Virus record (IMG/VR): IMGVR_UViG_3300018068_000006
Location: 1 to 27,665 of that record
Source of the DNA: a virus
Lineage: Duplodnaviria > Caudoviricetes
Direction: 5' to 3' (one strand)
Length of the DNA stretch: 27,665 nt
The translations under genes were made by a program, and so were the position numbers. Position 1 is the first letter of the stretch, and every line of letters starts with the position of its first letter. A model generated the notes under the pieces. That model worked only from the letters and a program-made list of their open reading frames with translations, had not been told where the DNA came from and searched no databases. Below, piece by piece: positions 19,450-26,292 of this stretch.

Positions 19450-19688
19450 TAGTTTAGTACTAACTTTTTTAAAATACGTAAAATACGAAAGTATATATCT
19501 TCACTTCCATCATCATAATGAACAATAACGGATAATACCCCAAGGGATAAATCTTCATCTATAGATGTAACAAATTTACTACCACCTTTATCGTCAGGGT
19601 ATTCTTCATTAACTATCCTAGTGTCACATAAAAGACAGTCAGGTGTTTCTATTTGATCAAAATCTACTTGGTATATTATTTTATTCAT
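19449..19688 (-). CDS. Hypothetical protein
   Basis: 79-aa ORF overlapping both neighbours. Confidence 0.65.
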   Translation of the reverse strand: MNKIIYQVDFDQIETPDCLLCDTRIVNEEYPDDKGGSKFVTSIDEDLSLGVLSVIVHYDDGSEDIYFRILRILKKLVLN

Positions 19689-19929
19689 GGTTAATTAAGT
19701 TTTTTTTCCAAATTTCATCTCTTATATCGTCTAGTAGTTTATTTTTTTTTTCTTCTATTGTTTTATATATTTTCATAGTTGATTTTTTTATTGTTTTTTG
19801 ACAATCTTGAAATCCTTTTTCGAATCCATCCGAATGCCAATAATTTTTATATTCATGAAGTAGTTTTAATTTCATATCAGGAGCTATCCCATTTTGTAAA
19901 TTTTTTAACAATAAATCTTCATTTATCAT
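19681..19929 (-). CDS. Hypothetical protein
   Basis: 82-aa ORF, first gene after promoter TATATTTG (19956-19949). Confidence 0.65.
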   Translation of the reverse strand: MINEDLLLKNLQNGIAPDMKLKLLHEYKNYWHSDGFEKGFQDCQKTIKKSTMKIYKTIEEKKNKLLDDIRDEIWKKNLINHE

Positions 19930-19948
19930 AAGTGGTAAATTAATAATG

Positions 19949-20015
19949 CAAATATAATAATTTTTTAATTATGTTATAAAACATATTGCATTTTTATTTT
20001 TTATTAGTATATTTG
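19949..20015. promoter_or_regulatory. Divergent promoters at the main strand switch, with palindrome ATGTTATAAAACAT (19971-19984)
   Basis: TATATTTG on minus (19956-19949) and on plus (20008-20015, with TTG 19 bp upstream). Confidence 0.7.
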
Positions 20016-20050
20016 TTCCGTTAAGTTCATTGAGGTATTTAAGAAAGTAT

Positions 20051-20084
20051 GTAAGACGGGGGTTCGATTCCCCCCAACTCCACA
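20051..20084 (+). ncRNA. tmRNA-like 3' fragment (T-arm plus acceptor strand)
   Basis: GAC-GGGGG-TTCGATT-CCCCC-CAACTCC-A-CA: GAC before the T-arm, U70 and discriminator A as in tmRNA. No matching 5' strand found. Confidence 0.65.
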
Positions 20085-20187
20085 TGTAGGTATCTTCTTA
20101 GCAAAAGATTTAATGGGTAGCTAAATCCTCGGAAATAATCCCACCTTCGCCTTAGAATGTTTCACATGGATAAGTAGTTGATTATAT

Positions 20188-20220
20188 ATCGCCTCACCTG
20201 TGAAGCGCGGGCGATTTTTT
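20188..20220 (+). terminator. Intrinsic terminator with CT-GTGA-AG apex
   Basis: ATCGCC / GGCGAT stem plus T-run. Confidence 0.65.
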
Positions 20221-20238
20221 AAAAGTTCTTTGATTAAT

Positions 20239-20376
20239 GATGGTATGGCGGAATTGGTAGACGCATAGACTTACGACATCGGTGCAATTCCATGAGGCGA
20301 CTTCGGTAATGGGCGAAGTAGAATCGAGCACAGTATCGGCCATGTAAAACTCCGGGTTCGAATCCTGGTACCATCA
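20239..20376 (+). tRNA. Non-canonical tRNA-like RNA (tRNA-Leu-type body, about 85-nt insert replacing anticodon and variable arms)
   Basis: Acceptor GATGGTA/TACCATC plus A; D-arm GCG-GAATTGGTAGA-CGC; T-arm CCGGG-TTCGAAT-CCTGG; no closable anticodon stem; CCA not encoded. Confidence 0.75.
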
Positions 20377-20386
20377 TATATAACAT

Positions 20387-20436
20387 GCTTACCCCGCTTC
20401 CCATAAGAACAGCGCGCTTAGGGTGAGCTTTTTTTT
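20387..20436 (+). terminator. Intrinsic terminator after the tRNA-like RNA
   Basis: GCTTACCC / GGGTGAGC stem, inner CGCT/AGCG, T8 tail. Confidence 0.7.
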
Positions 20437-20564
20437 AAAATGACTCCTCAATCGCTTAGAGCGGTTGCTTAGTCGACCCGAAAGGGTAAGTAAAACAACT
20501 TGGTTGAATAATTAAAGGGGTTTAAGCTATTTATACCAAGTTGTTTTTAATTAAAAAATAAATT

Positions 20565-20987
20565 ATGATATATATAGGTATAGACCCTGACACTATTAAA
20601 TCTGGAGTAGCATATTATAATAATAAAGATAAGTCACTTGAATTATCAAACCTTTCTTTTTTTCAACTATTTGATTATTTATCATGGTGTATGGAAACCA
20701 AACTTGAATTTAAAATATTCTTAGAAGCTGGTTGGTTTAATAAAAAATCAAATTGGCATGATGAAAAAAATGGGGCATATATAGCTTCGAGAATAGGAGC
20801 TAAGACAGGGGCTAACCATGAAACAGGGAAAAAAATAGAAGAAATGTTACAGTATTTATCTATACCTTATGAACTTAAAATACCTAAAACGAGTAAAGTT
20901 GGTTCTAAGTATTTTACTTGTTTAACAGGAATGAAAAAATCAAATCAAGATCAACGTGATGCAGCAATGTTAGTTTGGGGATATTAA
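20565..20987 (+). CDS. RuvC-like (RNase H fold) nuclease, putative Holliday junction resolvase
   Basis: N-terminal YIGIDPD..SGVA, central FLE, C-terminal DQRDAA acidic motifs. Confidence 0.7.
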   Translation: MIYIGIDPDTIKSGVAYYNNKDKSLELSNLSFFQLFDYLSWCMETKLEFKIFLEAGWFNKKSNWHDEKNGAYIASRIGAKTGANHETGKKIEEMLQYLSIPYELKIPKTSKVGSKYFTCLTGMKKSNQDQRDAAMLVWGY

Positions 20988-20998
20988 AAATTCTACTT

Positions 20999-21694
20999 AT
21001 GAATGAAATGATGGAATTAATAAATCATATTCACAATATAACAAGTTCTATTCTTTTAAAATATCATACCGGTATAGAACTTACTGAGGATGAAGAGGAA
21101 GTTATGTCACAATTATACATATGTGAAGAAAAAGGTGATATTAAAGCGATTGAAGATATTCCACATAAAAATAATAACTATATAAATACAATAATTATGT
21201 CACGTACTAAAGGAGCTAAAAATAAAAATATTGCCCTTTCGAATATAGCTATATCAGCTACGGAAGAATTTAAAAAAGAAGTAATTACTTTAAACAATGA
21301 AAATATGAATAAAAATTTTGATCTAAACGAAGTAGTATTAAATCTTAACAATGTACCTTTTGGTTCAGCAGATTCTCCTTATAATGAAATTATAAAAATC
21401 ATCATGACCCAGGGGTCTACTCTTGAAACTGTTTATAAATTTTGCCAGTCTCAATTAAGTAAAGAACCGATGACGGTAAAGAAAGCTATTAAATTTGCTA
21501 TACTTAATTCTAAAGAAAATAAAAATACACCGGAAACTAGTTATGAATCGTATAAACTAGCTATGAAAATTGAATCCGGTAATACTGAATTTTCTACAGA
21601 AGATTTTGCTTTTTTTAAAAAAGTTGTAGGAGAAGTTTTTAAAGAAACTCCAGAAGTTATGGGTTTTATTTGGGATGCAATCGAAAACAAATAA
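20999..21694 (+). CDS. Hypothetical protein (possible internal starts)
   Basis: ATG 20999 preferred over TTG 20975; in-frame ATG 21197 (MSRTKGAKNK) follows an A-rich tract. Confidence 0.6.
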   Translation: MNEMMELINHIHNITSSILLKYHTGIELTEDEEEVMSQLYICEEKGDIKAIEDIPHKNNNYINTIIMSRTKGAKNKNIALSNIAISATEEFKKEVITLNNENMNKNFDLNEVVLNLNNVPFGSADSPYNEIIKIIMTQGSTLETVYKFCQSQLSKEPMTVKKAIKFAILNSKENKNTPETSYESYKLAMKIESGNTEFSTEDFAFFKKVVGEVFKETPEVMGFIWDAIENK

Positions 21695-21710
21695 TTTATA
21701 GTATATTTTT

Positions 21711-22142
21711 ATGAATTGTATAAAATGTAAAGAAAAATCCACTCATTCTATAAAAGTTGAATATGAAAATATTGACTTAATATATACATGTGATAACTGC
21801 TTTAAAGAAGTTAAAAAAGATTTTAATATGGCATTTATACATTATGATAGTGGAGATATGCTTTTTGTGAGAAAGATTCATAAAAAATATGGTATAGGAG
21901 ATTTTAACAGATCAAATCAAAACTGTGGACCAGAGATCGAGGAACTTGAGCAATTTTTTTCAGGTAAAACGTTATTTCCTGAAAAAATAAAACTGGATTT
22001 ATGTACTACCATACACAATGTTCAATTGTTCCTCGATTCTCATTTTAACATAATAAAAAATACTAATGGTAACAAATATTCTTTACCATATCTTGATAGG
22101 CTAAAAAAATTAAAAAATATTTTAGAAAATGAAAAATATTAA
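21711..22142 (+). CDS. Zn-ribbon protein with a C-terminal helical domain seen in Bacteroidota phages (DUF6965-like, from memory)
   Basis: CIKC...CDNC; C-terminal ELEQFF...FLDSHF...PYLDRLKKL. Confidence 0.55.
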   Translation: MNCIKCKEKSTHSIKVEYENIDLIYTCDNCFKEVKKDFNMAFIHYDSGDMLFVRKIHKKYGIGDFNRSNQNCGPEIEELEQFFSGKTLFPEKIKLDLCTTIHNVQLFLDSHFNIIKNTNGNKYSLPYLDRLKKLKNILENEKY

Positions 22143-22383
22143 ATATGAAACAAAAAAATTAATTAACATATCTATAAACCTAGTTACTACTACTAAGCCT
22201 ATAAGTGACGAATACATTAAAAATAAAAATATTAATTTTTTATTTAGTAAAACCATCCATAGTATGAAAATATGTATAGATACATATGATAAATGTTTTA
22301 TGGCTTATGAAGATGAAAAAAAATCTATTGAAGAAAATCACAAAGTGGCATTTAATGCAGCATATTCATTATTAACAGAATAA
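22129..22383 (+). CDS. Hypothetical protein
   Basis: 84-aa ORF tightly packed between its neighbours. Confidence 0.6.
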   Translation: MKNIKYETKKLINISINLVTTTKPISDEYIKNKNINFLFSKTIHSMKICIDTYDKCFMAYEDEKKSIEENHKVAFNAAYSLLTE

Positions 22384-22384
22384 T

Positions 22385-22912
22385 ATGAAGACATTTGAAG
22401 ATTATTTAAAAGTTATTTTTTTACACGAAGGAGGATTAGTGGATAATCCGAATGATCCTGGGGGAATAACTAATTATGGCATATCGTTAATGTTCTTAAA
22501 TGGTATACCATTGCCAATGGCAGATATAGATCATGATGGAGATTTAGATGGAGATGATATTAGGAAAATGAGTAAAGATGAAGCAAGTGAATTGTATAAA
22601 AAATATTTTTGGGACAATATAGGTTTAGACAAAATAAAAAATGAACTTTTAAGATTACACTTATTTGATATGGGTATTAATGCTGGTAATAAGACCGCCA
22701 TAAGACTTTTACAAGGATTGTTAAGTATAACACAAGATGGGATTATTGGTCCAGTTACTATAAGTAAAATTGACAAGTTTGATAAAAATATTTTAGAATA
22801 CTATGCCAGTAAACGTAAAGGATACTATTCTTCATTGGCTGCTAATAATCCTAAATTAAAAGTATTTTTAAATGGATGGTATAACAGGGTTGATTCAACT
22901 AATTTTATTTAG
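22385..22912 (+). CDS. Endolysin, glycoside hydrolase family 108 with peptidoglycan-binding C-terminus
   Basis: HEGGLVDNPNDPGGITNYGI catalytic motif, FDMGINAG, DGIIGPVT, FLNGWYNRV. Confidence 0.92.
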   Translation: MKTFEDYLKVIFLHEGGLVDNPNDPGGITNYGISLMFLNGIPLPMADIDHDGDLDGDDIRKMSKDEASELYKKYFWDNIGLDKIKNELLRLHLFDMGINAGNKTAIRLLQGLLSITQDGIIGPVTISKIDKFDKNILEYYASKRKGYYSSLAANNPKLKVFLNGWYNRVDSTNFI

Positions 22913-23048
22913 ATGAACCAGAAGCTTAACCATGTAATCATATAGAAGAATTAAATTTAATTACATCAATTTTAAGACGTGAAGGAATTGCTCCACAAAT
23001 TTTTAGTTATAAAAAATATAAGAATGACATTGTCTGTTAAAATTTACA

Positions 23049-23198
23049 ATGAAAAAAGTTTGGTTTAAAATAAGTAATTGGCAATGTAAGGTAGGATACA
23101 TTATAGATGGATTTTATGACGGTCTCTTACAGGTCCAAGAGGAAGAAACTGGAATTATATACATTTGTTCATTGGACGAAATAACACAAATACAATAA
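23049..23198 (+). CDS. Small hypothetical protein (49 aa, not in ORF track)
   Basis: MKKVWFKISNWQCKVGYIIDGFYDGLLQVQEEETGIIYICSLDEITQIQ; A-rich upstream region; fills the gap before 23209. Confidence 0.5.
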   Translation: MKKVWFKISNWQCKVGYIIDGFYDGLLQVQEEETGIIYICSLDEITQIQ

Positions 23199-23208
23199 TG
23201 GTTATAAT

Positions 23209-23430
23209 ATGAATATATCTAAAGAAATACTAGATTCAATCGAATGGGAAAGTTACCCCAAAAAAGAAAAACCAGGTGGCCAAATAACCTATAATATTAT
23301 ATATGGCGTAACACTTAAAATAAATGGTCTTTTTGAAGTATCTATAAATGAATATAAAAGCCAAATTAAAAATAAACAATTGTGCATGGATATACTTGAA
23401 TGGTATTTGATATTAACAAATAGTAATTAA
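23209..23430 (+). CDS. Hypothetical protein with a GGQ motif reminiscent of release-factor domains
   Basis: 73 aa containing KPGGQ...GVTL...SINEYKSQIKNK. Confidence 0.55.
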   Translation: MNISKEILDSIEWESYPKKEKPGGQITYNIIYGVTLKINGLFEVSINEYKSQIKNKQLCMDILEWYLILTNSN

Positions 23431-23464
23431 ACTATAATATTAATGATAATAATTAATAAAAAAT

Positions 23465-23752
23465 ATGGAAATAAATAATACTATTAAATCTAAAAACTTA
23501 CTTATGCCACCTATTGAACTTATTAAAATAGTATATAAGTTTTTAGAAACAACTGATTTTAGTAAATGCAAGACCAATAAAGTATATACTATGCACGGTT
23601 TTATGGTTGGATATATTTTTTGTGAATGGTTATCTTTAGATTGGTTTTATAATGGTTCGGGTTGGATAAAAGGTTTACCTCTAGTACCAAGTCAAAAAGA
23701 AATATCTACCGAAGAACTTTGGAGTTTATTTTTAGAAGAAACTAAACTATGA
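23465..23752 (+). CDS. Hypothetical protein
   Basis: 95-aa ORF in a co-oriented run. Confidence 0.6.
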   Translation: MEINNTIKSKNLLMPPIELIKIVYKFLETTDFSKCKTNKVYTMHGFMVGYIFCEWLSLDWFYNGSGWIKGLPLVPSQKEISTEELWSLFLEETKL

Positions 23753-23902
23753 AAAGATGTTTATTAAAGATGACGTTCTTATTACCGGTATAAAAGGAGA
23801 AATATATCCTTATTTTATCTTAATGTTTTACAACATAAAATATTTGATAAATAAATTATTTAATTATCTTTGTTTCATTAAATAATAAATATTTTTTGAA
23901 AA

Positions 23903-24106
23903 GTGAAAAATGTTCCTCAAATAAAAATTGTAACATACCATAGAGGCCAAAAAAAGGTCCTTAGCAGGGATGATGCTAACCATGTTACTTTTTTAATTAA
24001 TGACAACAATAATATCGAATACTTTACTTTTCACAAATCTATATACAACACAATTAAAAATAAAAAACCTACAAAATCATGGAGTGAATTACCGGAAATT
24101 ATTTAA
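23903..24106 (+). CDS. Hypothetical protein
   Basis: 67 aa, GTG start, downstream of TTTG-N18-TATCTTTG (23843-23872). Confidence 0.55.
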   Translation: MKNVPQIKIVTYHRGQKKVLSRDDANHVTFLINDNNNIEYFTFHKSIYNTIKNKKPTKSWSELPEII

Positions 24107-24225
24107 TATTATTATGAATACTAAAAAAAAATCTGGGGAAAACATATAGGTAAAGATCTCTTTCTCAGAAGCAGCACTTTTGATTTTATACATAGAGATG
24201 CAGAAAAATCTAAAAACTTCTAAAT

Positions 24226-24447
24226 ATGAAAACCAAAGAAGAGATTTTAAACAAAATTGAATCAGAACAAAATCGTATCGAAGAACTTGAACATCTTATA
24301 TCAGAAGCTGAACTATCTATTAAAATGCACCAGAAAGAACTAAATAATAAAAATATTTGTATCAATATATTAACATGGTGCACAAAAGATATAAAAGATG
24401 AAAAATTAAATTTAGAACCAAAACAAACTAAATATTACAAAGATTAA
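24226..24447 (+). CDS. Small coiled-coil hypothetical protein
   Basis: 73 aa with a heptad pattern, followed by a terminator. Confidence 0.6.
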   Translation: MKTKEEILNKIESEQNRIEELEHLISEAELSIKMHQKELNNKNICINILTWCTKDIKDEKLNLEPKQTKYYKD

Positions 24448-24471
24448 ATAGTTCATGTATTAATAATTTTT

Positions 24472-24507
24472 AGCCAATCTGTCTGCGAAGATCGATTGGC
24501 TTTTTTT
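24472..24507 (+). terminator. Intrinsic terminator with CT-GCGA-AG apex
   Basis: AGCCAATC / GATTGGCT stem plus T-run. Confidence 0.8.
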
Positions 24508-24906
24508 ATTTGTTAAATAATAAATTAATGAAAAATAAGACCACTGTTTAATTATTTGAGTGAATGTGAATGATTGGGGTTACTGATTAGATTGAGGGGG
24601 CCTATACGAAACGCAACCACATAAAAAGCCGAAACCCCCCCATACGACAATTCATATTTCATATACACATGTGGAAAAGTGATCATTACTTATACGTGTA
24701 GGACACATAAAGCTATTACATAGCACTAAAAAACACATTACAAATGATAAAACATGACTTTAATCATGTCCTGGGGGTCATATTTACATTATACATGTGT
24801 GTATGGGTGTAATAATGATAACATAAACATGTTAAACAACATACTAATACATAATGTATATATCAATTGAATTAGTATATTTGAATAGTTTATTAGGTCT
24901 AGGTTG

Positions 24907-24940
24907 AGCTCTGTATACTGTGAAGTATGCAGAGTTTTTT
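24907..24940 (+). terminator. Intrinsic terminator with CT-GTGA-AG apex
   Basis: GCTCTGTATAC / GTATGCAGAGT stem plus T-run, about 25 nt after TATATTTG (24876-24883). Confidence 0.75.
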
Positions 24941-24951
24941 ATTTGTGTACT

Positions 24952-24979
24952 TTGTCTTATAATATGTATTATGTTCAAT
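24952..24979 (+). other. dif-like XerC/XerD recombination site
   Basis: TTGTCTTATAA-TATGTA-TTATGTTCAAT in 11-6-11 layout; the right arm differs by one base from the E. coli XerD arm TTATGTTAAAT. Confidence 0.6.
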
Positions 24980-25007
24980 AGAATTACATTGAACTATCAT
25001 ATAACAC

Positions 25008-25043
25008 AAAAAGAGTAGTGACAATATGTCATTACTCTTTTTT
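25008..25043. terminator. Bidirectional hairpin terminator
   Basis: AAAAAGAGTAGTGACA-ATA-TGTCATTACTCTTTTT, downstream of the 78-aa minus-strand gene. Confidence 0.75.
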
Positions 25044-25356
25044 ACATTAAACTAATCGCAGTATGCTGTAAAAACTATACCTTAAAACTTGGTTTTGTTT
25101 TTCTATACTTAGATGGATTACGAGCTGAGGGATAATGTATAGTAACTCTTGATAGGATATACTTATACGGTTCATGATATAAGTCTTTATACCTCAACCT
25201 ATAAACTAAATTTTCATAAGGCTTATTAACTGCTAAACTAATTGCTTTTAAGTCGGCCCCTGTATAGACCTCTCCCTTCTCTAAGTCAATATAAACAAAA
25301 TTTACGGTCATAATTAGATTGTTTTACATTAAACTATTCATTGTATGCTGTAAAAA
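25040..25356. repeat. Two 34-bp direct repeats with internal dyad symmetry flanking the 78-aa gene
   Basis: TTTTACATTAAAC-N8-GTATGCTGTAAAA at 25040-25073 and 25322-25355. Confidence 0.85.
25075..25311 (-). CDS. Small putative DNA-binding protein (NUMOD1/HTH-like)
   Basis: YIDLEKGEVY..DLKAISLAVNKPYENLVYRLR resembles the beta-hairpin plus HTH pattern of NUMOD1-type domains; basic C-terminus. Confidence 0.5.
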   Translation of the reverse strand: MTVNFVYIDLEKGEVYTGADLKAISLAVNKPYENLVYRLRYKDLYHEPYKYILSRVTIHYPSARNPSKYRKTKPSFKV

Positions 25357-26121
25357 TAACTATTTTTAAGATTAAAAACAATAAATAAAACTAGCTGCGC
25401 GACTTTATATTACTCAGCTAACCCCAAAAAATATATATCCTCAAACCTCTTCTTTATCACTAGTAATAAACATTTTACAAAAGTAGGTCTACCTTATTAT
25501 TTATTTTAAATCGTTTTAGTATCACTATTTTGTATTATTAGGTTATTTTAAACGAGAGGCTTTTAGAATAGGTTTTATTGTAAAGGATATTTAGGTTATT
25601 GGGTATATATACAAGCGCACATCTCTTATATTTATTCCAGATTTGTGTTTAACTTTTAATAAAAAACTCTTAACATTCATCCCTGATTTATATTTAACAC
25701 CTTATTACATATAACGTTTAATACTTCGAATATACAAAACTTTTTAGTAATATCCAACTATTTTAGTAAAAAACATGACTTTTATCATGTCTACAATCGA
25801 ATATTTGCACAAAGCTGTACAGTTACTCGTAAATATGATTATAATATGTATGTTGTAAAACATAAAAAAAAACACAAAACATAACATAAGTCATATTTTT
25901 TTGGATTTTATCAGCGTATATTTACATAACGAAACACAAAAAAGTTTTTCTCTTAAAATGTTTCACACGTTCTTTATGGTTTTGAAGTTTTACCAGAAAA
26001 TTTCGGTTCACGGGTTTTGGAAGTTTTACCCGCTTAAAAAAAAGGCAACATGTTTGCAGGTAGTAAGTGTTACAGCTACCAAACTTCAAAAGTTTAACAC
26101 CAACGCAGGTATCGTTACTAG

Positions 26122-26292
26122 TTCCTTCTTAAAAAATGGTGCTAAACTGCCGGAGGTTTTTGCTAGTTATCTCCAAAAAGTAAACTAGCTAATTTCCCAA
26201 ATAGGGATGAAAAGAAAACATACAAGAAAGTAGGAACAGTGATATTCGTTTACTAGTTCCTACTTTCTTTCCTTCTTAAAAAATGGTGCTAA
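26122..26292. repeat. 24-bp direct repeat around a 14-bp perfect hairpin
   Basis: TTCCTTCTTAAAAAATGGTGCTAA at 26122-26145 and 26269-26292; AAGAAAGTAGGAAC/GTTCCTACTTTCTT at 26224-26237/26256-26269. Confidence 0.85.

Noticed and set aside
20158-20173. parS-like TGTTTCACATGGATAA
   Set aside because: Three mismatches to TGTTTCACGTGGAACA, broken palindrome, and no parAB in the window.
20266-20282. Calling the tRNA-like RNA tRNA-Arg(ACG) from TT-ACG-AC
   Set aside because: Flanks TAGAC/ATCGG do not form an anticodon stem, and the body is Leu-like.
25901-26188. 95-aa plus-strand ORF
   Set aside because: TTG start, runs through the repeat-rich regulatory tract, no recognisable protein features.
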